A DNA stretch of 63,991 nt, the filler included, from Perkinsus olseni (Eukaryota): the NCBI GenBank assembly GCA_013115125.1. It is 3 parts of 3 records of this genome, joined end to end, with 100 filler letters (N's around TTAATTAATTAA, not from the genome) between each part and the next. Parts side by side here need not be neighbours in the genome. Positions count along the whole stretch, not along the records: positions 1 to 22,790 come from JABANN010000530.1; 2 more parts are not named here. One strand, 5' to 3'. Below are positions 1 to 13,700 of the stretch, piece after piece. The notes below the pieces were generated by a model. It saw only the letters and a list, made by a program, of their open reading frames with translations. It did not search any database and was not told the origin of the DNA. A program made the position numbers and the translations under genes. Positions within the stretch are counted from its first letter, which is position 1; each line of letters opens with the position of its first letter.

Positions 1-127
1 AAGGGAGATCTAGAGGCAAATCTACTGCTTTTTCCTCTTCCCCTATAACCAGGCTCCCATCGATTCCTGCACAGTCTGCGCAAGATGAGGTTGTCCACGC
101 CGCACCGGCAGTGCCTCTGAAATTAGC

Positions 128-1916
128 ATGCCCCCTCGGCCCATCCAACTGGACTCGATAGCAATAGAGAGAGCAGCTCCTCTCTCCCTCAAGTGCCTGG
201 CCAGCATACTCCATTCCCCTGCCTGCTGCCTTAAAGGCGCCAAGGGGTACCCCTCCCTTTGTGTTGCTTACACCGGGGATGGCCAACCAGTCTTAACGGA
301 GAAGGTCACCATTAGAGGTAGAGGGCCTCTAGTTGTTTATCACAGCAGCAGTCGCGTTAGGTACGGTGGTGGGGGTCCGTAGAGGCTCCAAGCTGGTCGA
401 GATGTCGGTCGATGACGGTAGCGGCGAGCTCCTCAGCTGCATCCTATGGGAATCATCAGCCGAGGCTTGGCGACAGCTACCTGACGACGCGACCGAGCTC
501 CTCTGTAGCCCTCATTCTCGTGTACCCGGGTATATCCTCGTCTTAGGTAGAGTAGTGGCCGTGAAGGGACAGCTGAGGACCTTCCGCAACAACCTGCAGA
601 TCAGAATCATTTCCTTGGACGGCATCTTTGACTTCTCTCCCGACCAGGAAGCTCAGTGGTGGCTAGATGTGGTGGAAGAGTGGGACCTCGTACAGACGAG
701 AATATTCGGTAAGCCACTTCCATTGAACGCATCTTTAGGTCGAGCGTGCTACTGTCGCGCATCCCGCAGCGATGATGCATAGACATTAGTATCTAGGCGA
801 TCTTTGCAGAAAAGAATCCTGGTGGAATCGACGCTTGATTCATAGCTCGGCGTGGAATTTTTCTGTCCTGATTTATTCGAAGCGTCTGAAGAGCAACTCC
901 CTATGTCTGTGGGCTCGAAGGGGTATCGAATCTTCAGCTCTCCAGTGAGCTTGTTATCAACACCCTGTGCTTATCTCCCCTATTGAACTCTAGATGGTTC
1001 ATCTTTAGACAGGATTGTCCTTGAACGAGTAGAAGGAAAGTCACCGCTTCCCTGTCTTCTCCACCTCAGAGCAGTGCATTTGCCCTCGACCAGCGGAGAT
1101 CATCCAGCTAGGCCCAGTCAGCTGTCAACGCTATACGCTATGCCCTTGTCGGTGCCATCAAAACCCCGAGTTCCCCTGCTATGTATCGGACTGTGCCAGG
1201 AGGCTTCCACCAGCGTTCGCCTCAGCCGTGGCGGGCTATAGGACGGCCATTCGGGTAACGGCATCCCGCACCGCTGATGGGCATGGAGTTGGTTAGGCGC
1301 TCATCGATCTGCGACGACGGAAGGACACTGTACCCTCCCCTAGCGAGATTAGAGATCTCAGGCGCGTCTTCGAGATTTCCTACACCAAATTTGGCGTCAA
1401 CTTCGACAGCGGGGCGTCTGTCCGGTTGCCGGGGCAGTGCGTATCTAAGTGAGAGGGGATGGAAGGATCGCCGATGGTGAACTTACCGTTGCTCGAATGG
1501 AGGGTGGTTGTATATTGAGAGATCCTTCGGGGTCTCGCCCGGTCCTTTCTGCTTAGATGTCGAGATCTCGGCACAGTAAGACACACTTTGAGGTCCTCTC
1601 TCCGCTCAGGTGCGTCGCCCATATGGCTATCGGAGAGCTAGTGAAGAGCGGGGAGCTAGCACGTGATGAGGAAGGCACGCTGCACGCCCACGACCGTCGT
1701 CGAGAGGCCCTAGAAAGTGTCCGGCATTGGGTGGCCTCGGCGGACACTCAGTCCCAGAAGCTTCCCTTCAGCGAGGTAGTGTCGAAGCTCGGCTGTGTAT
1801 GGGAGGAGCTTGACTCTGGCTGGTTTCTCGGCTTCTTGCATGCTGTATGCGAAGGGGAGGTCGGACTATCTCCTGATGGTACGATCTTTCGACGGGAGCA
1901 AGAGCCTATTTACTAG
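128..1916 (+). CDS. STN1: CST complex subunit STN1-like OB-fold protein (multi-exon; boundaries approximate)
   Basis: Spliced translation gives LDSIAIERAAPLSLKCL...GTVVGVRRGSKLVEMSVDDGSGELLSCILW...VVAVKGQLRTFRNNLQIRIISL...DQEAQWWLDV, the RPA2/STN1 OB-fold signature (DDGSG, G-x-L/I-x-x-F-R/N-x-x-x-Q-I, E-x-x-W-W). Later exons up to ORF 1557-1916 are assumed to be the C-terminal part. Confidence 0.65.
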
Positions 1917-2766
1917 CTGCGGAAACGTTGTGTTGTTAAGACGGCCAAGTCGGCCTTGGAGAGGGGTGCCTCGGGTGAGTTCATGCTCGTTCTCAAAACG
2001 CCCATCAAACATAATTCGTCTCGGAGGGCTCATCAACGTTGATGTTCCAAGACAGAACCTCGCGGGAATTGTTATTCGTGTCTGGTCGATGAGGAAGGTG
2101 GATGCCCTGCTATCACGAGATTCGCGGAGGGGCCCAAGTCGTCCTGTATAGTATAGTGGCATGCTCACGGCGACCGATCCTGAGCTCCTCAGTGCTGCAT
2201 GGGGCTCTGAGACCACCAGTCGAAGAAGAGGCTCCCATCATAGCCAATCCACTGAGGAGGAGGAGGTCGCTGTGACGGGGACCACCAGAGGGGCTAATGG
2301 TGTGGGCCTGTACAAGGCAGCGGAGAAGAGAATACTTAACTTTACTCAAGGAGGATCCAGGAGACGCTCAGTCGCGGCAGTACTGGTAGCAAGGGTGGCA
2401 GAAGCGGGGTTGTCACCCAACTGCTTCTCGAGCGGCCGTGACTTCCGACGCAGTTCTGCCCGTCGTAGGATGACGCCATTGGAGGCTTCTGCGACATTAC
2501 CCGAACTTTTTGCAGGATAGTAATGATAGCGGTAGTCACAGTAGGGCGTGCCTAGGAGAGACCGACGCTCCTTGTCTGGTCTGCCGTACGGTGAGCAAGG
2601 CCCTTCGTAGGTGTTGTGGTCGCTGTGGAGCACCTACTTTGTCCTCTCTTCGTGGACGGAGCGGTCTTCTCAGTCTGGTTCTGTCCATGAGCTCGAGAAG
2701 CTGACCAAGGAGTAGTGATGGAGGTCTCACGCTGTCCGCTGTGAAGGACTGTAGGTACAACAGCAT
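1866..2766 (-). CDS. hypothetical protein (probably spliced; model uncertain)
   Basis: Minus-strand ORFs 2536-3039, 2346-2633 and 1866-2216 are separated by plausible short GT..AG introns. No recognisable domain. Confidence 0.3.
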
Positions 2767-3048
2767 GGTCGGCAAATTGACTGGGAGGAAGTCTGAGCTC
2801 AAATGGGAGAAGGAGCGCCTTGAAGAGATGAACTTCGTGAGTGTATACGGGGCGTCCTGGGGCCTGGGCGTCGATTGAGCTACTAGATTTGGGCATGGGA
2901 CGGTAGAACAAGGAGCGTCGTCTATGATACGGAAAATACTAGCAAGCGTCACATTTCGTATCACGATTTTCGCCTTTTTTCCCTTCCCGAATATCGACAT
3001 TTCACGTATTACGGTGAAGCTCAAGCGTGTTCGACTCATGTACCATCA

Positions 3049-5169
3049 TGCAGGGAATATTCACCCAGGGATACTTCGAAACTCCTTTTCCCTGTTGGTG
3101 GGGACGTGTATTCTGTCCTGATGGAAGAAGAAGTGTGACGTAGATATGCAAGCTTCTCGGAGTGCACTGTACGTGCCCGTGGCCCCCCTGCCTTCAGAAA
3201 AAGACGGCTAAGATTCGGGAAGAGATCGAGGGGGTAGAATCGAAGACAAGGGCAGCTGAGAAGGAATTGAGGGGGGTCGAGGAGGAGTATGAAGGGAAGA
3301 ACAAAGGCTTCACCAATGATAGACTGCAGCTACAGCATCAAATAAGGCAACTCAAGATGACCCTACTGGGGAGCGATCGGTAGCCGTGCTGATAGGGGCG
3401 CTCGGTCAAGGTTGAAATTTCAGAGGAACAGGACGGAGCGGAGCAACTGCTCCCTCCCAGCTAGCGGAATGCGAGGCCCAAAGGTCAAAAACGGACGCGG
3501 CTTACACTCATCTCAGCGGCTACGTCGACCGGGCTAGGTGGGCATGGAAAATATTCGCCCCGAAGATGCCAATTGGTGCCTCAGGAATTCCGTGGCGCGT
3601 AAAGCGGACGTCGAGCTGGTTGGTATCTTCGTCTTTGCCACTGCCGATCAACAGCAGCTTGTGGAGCAGTTTGTCAGCAGCATCTTCTTCACCCAACTAG
3701 ACTCGCGGGATGGAGGACTGCACGTTCACGTTCGGGTACCGTCTCGGTGGCCATCCTGCCGTCTGTCGGAACGCCGCGCCTTCAGACATCTGAGGAATCA
3801 TCGAGAGGGGCGTTGTCGGGCGAGCTGAGGCCTAAATTCTGGCAGCGAGCGCTGGAGGAGTGTGTGGCTGCCGGGCCCAAGGCGGCAGTGGACGGATCAA
3901 CTTTCGCGGTCTTTGCTGAACCTGACAATCTTGTATTTGGTGGATGGCTCGAGTAATGTGGCAGCCCCACGCTGAGGACGACCGCTTATATTACGTTCTC
4001 AACAGTATTACTGTACACCTCTCGTTCCCTTCCCTGGACCGTACGCCATGCGCATAGTCGGGCGCAGGTGGGCACTGTTTTTCCGTGTACAGTCCATTGA
4101 ATGACTGAGCCTCTGGCGAGGGCAGCAATACAGCGTCGCTCGCTTCTCCTCCTCCTTCTCTTAGTGACATCAACTCCTGTATGGCGGACAGGTCGAGCCG
4201 CATATGCTGCATGGTTCTAGGGGAGGGCCGCGACCTCTGTGATGATGGCCTCTTCGCTCTACGCTGCACACAAGAGACCATTCAAGTGGGCCCCATCCTC
4301 GCCCACAGCCTAGCTACGAATACCTTTCTAGTTGGCACGAGACATCCGTCAAAGGATGTCGGTGGTTGAGCCTAAGACGCTCGATACTGACCGCAATGTG
4401 TATGCTGCCCTCAACTGGGGCCTCAAGAAGCTTCCTCGCTCCGCTGTGAAGTTCCTGCCCTTGGGTACCTATAGGAATCTTCTTGGTGAGCGCTGCCGAG
4501 GCGGCGTGGAGGGAGCAGTATTATGGTTCAGGTAACGACAGGCTGGTCACCAGCTACGACGCTCGTACCATGCTGAAGGCCTACCGAGCCACGCCGCCAC
4601 TAGGGCAGGTGGAGTCCCCGGAAGTGGCGATGGACCACTTGCTCAGAATGAGAGCTAACGTCTTCGAAGAGAGGTCAGAGATGATGGAAGTTGATGTAGG
4701 TGGGGGTTCCAACGCTGTCACATCTCCGTCCTCACTGCCTTGTCCCCCCGACCATCCGAACCCTCTCTCTTGGCGTTGGTGTATCGTGACGTAGAAATAG
4801 GAAATTAGAAAATCTCTCGCGTTTTGGGATGAGGAGGAGCCCCTGCCAGGGGCCCCCTGGTAGTATACGCGGCAGGGATATTGCCTTGAAAAGCTTTCAA
4901 AGTTCTCGAGAGCCCGTCTGGGCTGCATGCCGCTCCCCGGTCGGGCCAACACGAGCCAGTTGCCGATCGGCCCTTTTCTTCCCTGTAGGTCCGAGCGGAG
5001 GTAGCAAGGAGCTACTTGCCGATGCTACGAACATGTACCTACTCCCTCAAGACAGTCACGCCCTATACGGCAGGAGAGGACATCATGAATGCCGTGATGG
5101 CGGGTGATTTGGAAGCTGTGGCGGAATCCAAGCTCGAAGGGAGGGACCGACAGGCTCTCGACATGGTAA
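3049..5169 (+). CDS. hypothetical protein with N-terminal coiled coil (multi-exon)
   Basis: Exon KKTAKIREEIEGVESKTRAAEKELRGVEEEYEGKNKGFTNDRLQLQHQIRQLKMTL has a heptad pattern. A chain of coding-like exons separated by roughly 45-60 nt introns runs to about 5169. Confidence 0.5.
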
Positions 5170-5615
5170 ATTTGAGGCCTTGGAGTATCTGATGGTGGCC
5201 GCCGGAAGCACCTTCTAAATGTCATTATATGTGAGCGATATGAAGAAATATGAACTTAGCGTGCTTGTTGCGCCCCGGAGCACAAGGCTGCGTGATGTAA
5301 TTCTATTCGACCCTAAGGTTGCAATGGACCATCCGACTAGTGTTGGACGACCGCACAGCCGCGAAGGCACGGAGTGACGTCGGGACTGGTGGTGTCCGGT
5401 TTAGTGTCGTCGATGGTTACCACAAACGCCATCATACTCGGATAAGCTGGCGAAGTCGGCGGACCGTTGGATGAGCGCGAGATACTACTCTGACCCGATA
5501 CCGTGGGTTGGTAGTCAAGGCTCGAGGGAAGTGTAGTGTCCCGGTAGATACGGCCATCCCCTAGCGGTGCCTGAGGCTTGGAGACGGGTGATGCCCCAGC
5601 TGTCGAGGCCTCGTC

Positions 5616-7753
5616 ATGCAGCAGATGGCAGCATCGCTGCACAGGGTGATCAGAGTGAGGAGGGAAGAGCGGCCTCCTCGTTGGACAGTGGCTGAGACCG
5701 AGAATCGCTACAATGAGAGTTCCAGGAAAGACTCGTCGTTTCAGCGGCGGTTGCGGAGGGTCCGATGGAGGTGTGGATGCAGTCCGACCAGGCCCAGGTG
5801 GACGGAGTGGAGGACCTGGGGCCAGAGGGCGGTCGAGAGCATCTGCTGGTCAGCCCGTTGAAGCTCGCTGGGACAAGGTCAGGCTGCTAACCTCGAGCAC
5901 CCTCTTCCTTGCTCTCGCTGTGAGGAGCCCTCAGTGCGTTCATAGAGTCTGTTCAGGGGAGAGAAGAGCATCAACCCGATGCTGGCCTTCGAACTTATGG
6001 ATGCAGTGGATAAGGAGGCCAAAGCCTCTGGTGTCATGGACGCTATGGGTGGGTCCTCCGGATACTCGTCGATGGCACTATTATCACTTCAGGGGACCGG
6101 ATGTCGGTGGAGAGGATAGTCCAAGACAGTCTGCCCTTGGATGTGGTGGGAGGCAAGGACCTTCTTGGCAGAGAGCAGGAGATGATAAGGGATGTCGACA
6201 GTAGACTCCGCAATCTGGGCCAAACATGACCAACAGCATGCTTGGATTCGACGTCTCTGTAGAAGGCTTGCCGTTGGGTTTTGGGGAAGTACGAGAGGTT
6301 CCCTCGCGGCAGCGATCGCTCTATCGGCCGTTTGTAGTACATAAGAGTTTGGTGATGGTTGAGTCGAGTCCTTCGGAGTCGGCGAGGGTGGCAGTGGAAG
6401 AGGAGGTCGCTCGTTGGGGGACCGCCGATCGATATATGCACCACATCGCTTACTTGGGCACACGATTGGAGGGCGGAGCGAAGCAGGAATTGTTCCGCGT
6501 CAAATTCAGCACTCCGACCGAGTCTAAGCCCATCCCTCTCGTCGTCGTTGATGTGTAAGCGGCCGGTCTCACAGTATGGCTTTTTCCGCGGTCCGTGTCT
6601 CTCCTCGTCACTCCTGTTCGCTCGGCCCCTGTGGTCCCTGCAGGTATTTCTACACTGTGAAGGGCGAAGAGGATAAGGTCGTTGGGCTGTATTATCACTT
6701 CGAGCTGGACGACCTTGTACTCAGTAGAGACCACCCAGCACCCGTCAATAATCTCCAGCGGATCGACAGGACCATGCACGCTAAAACGTAGGGGAGGTGT
6801 CAGGAGGGGTCTAGCCTACTCCCCGGTGTGGTCGCAGGCTGACCCGCTCACTCCTGGATACCCGAACGGAGTTCGAGCTGACTAGAGTGTCGAAGGATGG
6901 CAGTGCAGTGCCGGATGAGAAGCCGCTCGTGGAGGAGAAGGAGGAGGATGATGCCGACGCGACTTCAGAATCGTCCCTTGGTGGCAACTCCTCGAACACT
7001 TCCTGGGGTAGGAGAGCGGCGGGCCATGAATAGCCGTACCGCTTGTGCTCGGTCAGCGGTTAACATAGACGCTTCTGGAGAAGGGACTATGAGTTCAGCC
7101 ACGCTGCTAGGGTCGAGGACCGACTGCTCCATCATGAGCCGGTGAGGATCCTCCTCCTCTTTACAGTCCGGTGATGGATATCCGATAGATACCCGGACTC
7201 GCCGAAGCGCCGGGCGACAGGCAACCTTCAGGAGCTCTTCCGCCACATGTTCGAGGCAGTCGATGAAGATGGTATCGGAGAGCTCACCCACAGGGAGGTA
7301 GGGGGCTGTGACCGTGACTGTCGGCAACTAAATCGGACTCCAGGTAGCGGATATATTAGAGGCCACTTTGGGCCGGATGCAGCGGCTGAAACGATGGGAT
7401 GTGAAGACATTGTTGGCCGCGGCAGAGGAGGGGGAGGATGGTACGGTGATGGCCGGTATATGGTGATGCTGAGCTGAGCTCAGTGAGCTCCCTTCGACCC
7501 TGTGCGCCTCGAGGGCCGCTACAATTTCTTGCCAGGTCAAGTGTCGTACAAGCATCTGGTCGACAATGCGACCACGCTTGTCAGTGACATCAGGAAGAGG
7601 CGGAAAGCTATAGCGGAGCGGGAAGGGGCGCCTACTGGTATTGCAAGCAGCCCCCGCGAGTACTGGATTTCCGTTGCAGATACCTTCGAGGAGGATGGCC
7701 CCGAGTTTGATGAAGATGGTCAGCTGGTGGTGGGAAAGTTCCGAGAGATGTGA
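5616..7753 (+). CDS. AKAP28/AKAP14-domain protein with a C-terminal EF-hand pair (multi-exon; start uncertain)
   Basis: 6226-6790 spliced: ARWGTADRYMHHIAYLG...LFRVKFSTPTESKPIPLVVVDV|YFYTVKG...LYYHFELDDLVL resembles AKAP14 (RVRWSIPTRRKPIP...VYF...YxFE, recalled). Then LFRHMFEAVDEDGIGELTHRE (EF-hand loop) and AEEGEDG|QVSYKHLV (second, degenerate EF-hand). Confidence 0.55.
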
Positions 7754-8109
7754 GCATCCCTCTTACCACAACACGCTCAACGGTCTTCCTCTCATATTTC
7801 ATCTTGTCATTTTTTTGTGCCACCACCCTTATCATCCAGTGCTTTTGTAACGGGCTAAATGCTCCAGATCGCATTTATGGTAGATGCCCGGGGTCACCTT
7901 CCTCGACCCCGACAGATCCTCCAGAACTCTGCTGCTGCAGGGGGGCCAATCACGACGTCCTCGATCCCTTGATCGTAATGATGTGATGGTTTGGGAGGTT
8001 GATTTTTTCTATCTCCATCTTCTTCGTATTGTGAAGTTTTAATGCAGGAAATTGTTGATATTGGAGAACTGCTGAATCGTCAGTCTATTCTCATTACTGG
8101 CTTGTTTTT

Positions 8110-9534
8110 CGACTAAACTTTTTCTGCTGGCGAGCTCGATACCGCAACGGTTTGAGGATTGGAGAAGAGAATGAACTGGTTGAGCGTCTCAGGTTGGAGG
8201 CAGTGGAGCAGTGCTTTGGGTCGGAGATAGAGAACACAGCGAGGCACCTGCTGGAGATGTGCGTACAATATACCAATGGGAAGGACGCGACCACGAACGA
8301 CGAGGACGACGGAGGTCAGCGGATTATCTCGGGCTCTTCCTCTTCTCTTTGAGGATGCCCGTGCAGACGCCTTTGCAGACAAGGAAGAGGGCTCAGAGAA
8401 GGAAGAGAAGGCTGCCGAGGATAAGCAGTCTGCCCTCAAGCTGCATCGGTAAGTGGACGCTTGGCCGCCGTCATCGAGTTGCGCCTCCTGCAGGGGTGAG
8501 TTTGGTGGCCTGTTAAGGAGTACGGAGGGTCGGGATCGGATCTCGCCGCAGGAGGCAGTTCTCCTGATGCAAGTAAGCTCGTCGTTGTTGCCACGGAGCT
8601 CGATCTGTGTCGACGCTAGATGATCGATGAGGATGAGTTTGGCATGATGGACCTGTCTGCTATGCGGAAGCATCCGACCAAGAACGCAGTCCAAGCGGCC
8701 CAAGCTCACTCCCTGCACAAACACATGCACAACGTAACCTGTTCCTCTGCCAGCTACGGGCCCACAGGTGACAGGTACCGGACGTTATGGTCCCGGACCT
8801 GCAGTGGCAGCTGTTGGTGATACGCTCCGAGTGCCTCCTCAACGGCTTGATCGAGAAGGACTCCGCTGCAGTGTATCGTCACCTTGTGGACGTCCTTCGA
8901 GCGGGGGGCATGACTTGGACGAATGCCATCGGTGAGGAAGTCATGGGCAGTCGTCATGCCGCAGGACGATACCACTCATCGCCCACTTCAGGTGAAGAGT
9001 GCCCCCGTTGCGTGCCTTTATGGCAGCTACGCCAAGTACTGCTCTCAGCCAGAGCTCTCGCTCTGCCTAGGATCGTCATCCGGATACTCCTCATGTCCTT
9101 CCGAACCAACCTCCACGGCCTTGTGGTGAGCCTTTGGAGCATAAACTGCGGGTTGTTGCGCATCCTCGATGCTCTTAGGAAATGACAGACTTCCTCACCA
9201 ACACGGTCTCATTCGTGTCCTGGCTGTTCGACACTGCCCCGGGAGGAGCCTTCCTCACCGAGGCTGCTAAGGTATCGAAGATCCTCGAAGATGAGAAGGC
9301 CAACGCCGAGGCCAACGAGCTGGACATGCTCATGCAGGTCAGCTGGGCAGCGGCAGTCCCTAGCTCCCGCTTGGGGGCGCCTGAGTTGAGCGTATCTTCT
9401 TTGTTCAGTCTGCGGTAGCAGCGAATGAGAACAGAGGAGACGATCAGCAGGGCGGGGGACACCAAGGAGTGGTGGATCGTGAGAGTTGTGAGAAGCAACT
9501 GGTAGGTTTAGAACGGAGTTACGTCTGCGTCGTG
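8110..9534 (+). CDS. hypothetical helical protein (multi-exon)
   Basis: Series of plus-strand exons (ELVERLRLEAVEQCFG..., MIDEDEFGMMDL..., WQLLVIRSECLLNGLIEK..., MTDFLTNTVSFVSWLF...) separated by short GT-AG introns. Confidence 0.5.
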
Positions 9535-9742
9535 AAGAAGGCTAGCGTCGAAGATAATTCGGGGTTCCACGCCGCGGCGTGCCGGGAATTGACGAGCTAG
9601 TGATTTTCAGTCAGCTCATGACACTCAGCGCTTCACGATGAAACCGCCGCTTGTCTGATGCGAATCGTGTCGCATCGTCACTTTCGCCCTTCCTGGTCCA
9701 ACACAAAAGATTTCAATTCGCGCGATACGCGGAAGAGTGCAA

Positions 9743-10753
9743 ATGGGAATGACGGGAGTACGTGCTCGAACTTCATTGATCTGTAGGTCCAGCTGGTAAC
9801 TTCCTATATTTGGAACGAGCACGGTCGTGGCACTGTGGATGTTTGGCACTTCCAACGGGCCATCATGAGGCATTCCGATAGTGCAGGAGGACTGACCATA
9901 GCTGAGCTCAGAGGTGAGGATCCAGCTGTGGCATCTGAGCGTATCTTAGGTTGACCCTTAGGCTTGCTGGGAGAGGTCCCCTTTGAGCCACGGACGAACA
10001 AGACTCTGATACCGCCCCTCGACCACATCCGAGCCTGGGTGCCGCTCTACTTTCAAATGAAGGACGCCGGCGTCTTCTACCAACCATTCTCACTCGGTAT
10101 AGCATCGCCAACGACCAAGAATGCTCGAGTGGCCGATTATGGTCCGCTCAGGAGAGCTCTTCCCGTACATACCCAAGGTGAACATCGGCCCCTTGGACCA
10201 AGCGTATCCCCTCTTCCCACCGGAGACCTCGGCCGCTACGTAGTCGTCTATCTTCACTGTACTCCTGCTCTACAACCGCTCTGTTAGTCGTCGTTCGAGC
10301 AGGAGGAAGAGCTCTCTCCGACTCAAGCGCCGCAGCAGTGTTGCCGACTCTGACCGCAGCAATGGTAATCCCACGCGGTCTGATATGCTCGTGGCTGGGG
10401 AGTCGCATGGCCCTTCCTCTGCAGTTTCTCACCGTCGGACTTTCCTGGCCCCAATGGCCCTAAATAGGATGAGGAAGACCTCTGTGCTCTCAGTACGCTT
10501 GGCCGCTGCTGTTAGAGCTCATCACGTCATTTGTTTTCTCGCCAGGCAAGTTCCCGAGCCTCGCAGTCAGAAGCGGTGCCGGCGGAGGTGCGGGAGTTGC
10601 AGGAGAAGCATGAGGATCTCGTCAAGAAGAGGAGAGAGGCTAGGAAGGCCAAGCGCGAGGAGGCTCTTGCGGAAGCAGCAGAGGAGACGAGCGGAGGTTC
10701 GGAGAAGGCCGGAGACGAAGAAGTTGCTGGCACGACATGAAGCACGACGATAA
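9743..10753 (+). CDS. hypothetical protein (multi-exon)
   Basis: Exons VQLVTSYIWNEHGRGTVDVWHFQ..., LLGEVPFEPRTNKTLIPPLDHIRAWVPLYFQMK... and a charged C-terminal exon (EVRELQEKHEDLVKKRRE...). Confidence 0.45.
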
Positions 10754-10798
10754 TTTTGATGGTTGTTGTTCGGTGTCCGTGCAGCTGCGTTATAGTTA

Positions 10799-13700
10799 AT
10801 GGAGAGCGTCCGCGTGCGTAGCCTTTTTGTCATCATCCGCCCTGTACTCGTCCCGACTTCCTCCCGTGGCTGCCCAGTCGGCTGCAGACTCGCCGTCTGA
10901 TGAGCGCGACACGGCGGCAGTAGTGAGCAACAGCCGTCAATACCCTTACTGGGAGCCCCTCTCCAACTGCACTGGGGAGACACCGAGGATACGGAGTGGC
11001 CATACGGCATGTATCTACCGCTCGAGGTACGCTCAGTCTCCCCTCTCGGTGTTCACCAGCTGGGCAGGTTCCTCTACGTTTTTGGTGGCTTTGATGGTGA
11101 GCAGTGCTTCGATGATCTCTACAGACTGGACCTTCACAGCCTCGTGTGGTCGAAGATCGAGGGCCGTGGTGACATGCCCAGCGGCCGGGCCTCCCATACT
11201 GCCACCTCGGATGAGCTGGCAGGGTCGATGTTCATCTTCGGCGGCAGCGGCTCGCACTTCGGGTACACGAACAAGTGCGATCTCTATGAGTTCGCCTATG
11301 ACACAAGCACCTGGTCTCTACTCTGCGAGATGGGTATCTCTACCAACGCTTCCCCGGTACGGCCTGCCGCTGCTGACGGGGCACGTCCGGGGGCACCTGC
11401 TGGGGAGACGTCCGCGGACCGCCCTCAAATAACAGGGCCAGCTGGTCCGACATCTAGCCTCACGGTGAGCCTGTGGCCGTTCACTTAGTGCTATCTGGCG
11501 CTGTTTTCCGTCAGGCCAACTCTCCATCCTCTCCTCCTCTGGGTATGGTGGAAGTCCAGGATGCCCCAACAGCCCGCTACGGTCAGTGCATGGTCCAACA
11601 TAATGAGCAGCTCTATATATGGGGAGGGACACATGGCACCAACTACCCGACTGACATGCACAGATTCGATCTCGTCTCCAAACGCTGGTTCGGAGTGCCT
11701 ATGAGCGGCGAGCAGCCCAGTGGAAGGTGGGGGCGATCGGACTGCCGTGCCGCCTGAGGTATCCTGCTACGCGTCAGATACCGTCATCAAGCTCTGGTGC
11801 GGAATGACTGTATGTACGTGCTCGGAGGTTCAGGCACGGCACGCTACGGGGATGTCTTCGAGTTCAACCTTTGCACTAACACTTGGAAGCGCTTAGTCTG
11901 CTCAGGGGTTGCCCTCTTCCAACAGGGCAGGTGCGTTGCTCTCCTTCGCTTTTCGCCTGCGGTCATGTTGGCGATAGGTATGCTCATGCTGCAGTGCTGC
12001 AGGACTCGAAAGTGCTGGTGTATGGTGGCAATGATGGACGGAGGACAAACGACCTGCTCACCTTTGATATCGACACGCAAGTTTGGGCTCAGGTGGCTCC
12101 GATGGTGCTGTGCTCTCAAGGACCTCTCATATGCCAGTTGCCTGTTCACGCCCTGGAGGCCCCGCCTGGTCGAGACTTCCACGCCGCCGTGGCCACTGCG
12201 CCGCAGCCCATCCTCTCGGCTCTGTCCGACCCTGGACAGGATAGCTGGTCTGGTCCTGGAACAGGCGCAGGCGAGGAGCTCGACGCCATGGTCATCTTCG
12301 GAGGCTCCTCAGGCCACACGAGGCAGCCCCAACAGTTCTGTGAATGCCTCTGATCGGTCTCTCCCAGACACAATGATGTCTCGCGGTTCGTCCTCTCATC
12401 TGTCCCTCCTGTCTGCACTCTGAGCTCGGACCTCGGCGACAGATTTTTGAAATGCCAATCAGCAGTCGATGGACGGTCAGATTCATTTTGTGACGTGAGC
12501 GGTCGTTAGTCGGGAAGCTTCGTGTCCTATCGGGCTCCTCGTTGGGTGCATCAGGTTCTCGTCGTACCGTCTATTGACTCGTCTGAGTGGCAGTTGGTCG
12601 GTAGTAGATCTGTACTGAAGATTCGCTGCCCTCTGCTCGCGCAGGCGATAGTGGAGGTGCCAACTGGTGGAAAATTCGTACGTTTCCGAAGCTCCTTACG
12701 GCAGGTCTCTGAGTCGAAGGTCCAGCCAGTTGCAATAAAGTGGCAGCTGCCGATGGGCTCCCATGAAGGCCGACCAGGTGGCAGAGACAGTGTCGTTGTG
12801 TTGATGATGGTCTCAGGCCCGACTCGTTGCACGGCTCTGCGCCTCCTCTACTTCATTCACACTGACAGGGCCCTCGATCTCACCACCATGGATTGTATGC
12901 AACTTTACGACCTCTTGAGAGAGGCGGCTAGGTGGGGTCGGCTCTGTTCCTCCTTCCTAGGCCCACCGCCAGAGAGTCTCGGGCCGAGACGTGACCATCG
13001 TCTTCACAGGTACGATCTTGATCGCCTAGCCAGCCTCTGCCACAGACAGATTCGTATCAAACTCCGTGCCGAGTTTGTCCTCCTTATACTTCGTGATTGC
13101 TACGACTCGGTACGGCGCCATGGTCAGACGCCCTCCTCATCGCATGTGAGGAGTCTCATTGAGACCTGCAAGTACTTCTTCCTCAATAACTACGCTGAGT
13201 GTGGTAGGCGACGACGGCTCTGGACTCGTCCCTTGCGCCTCTCAAGTCTGTGGCATTCCTCTCAGCTGCACTGGAAAGTTGTGAGACGTTGGACCCCCGC
13301 CTCCTATGTGACCTCATGCGCTGTATGACGGTGGCCTCGCAAAGTCACTTGCTCGGCACCACTGCAGGAGGCAACGGCAGCGGAGACCGGTTGAACTCTC
13401 CTTCGCGAGGAGTAGGCGGCTACCCCGTACGATTGTCACCGAGAACCTCGTGGATCCTCTCAGTTCCCCGGCGCTTCCGCAGACGTTCACGTGGCGCCCA
13501 GCCCTGGTGAGGACGGCTCGGCAGCATTTGCCTATCAGCGGAGATGTCCCCTAGCCCCAATACTGGTACGTTCACTTCTTTGAGCTTCCCTAGGGGCGGC
13601 TACCTCAGGTGAGAGCATCAACGCTGCAGTATGACATGCAGAGATTGCTGCACGAGGATAATCAGGGAGACTTCGAAGTCAGTTGGCCCCCCATCCCGGC

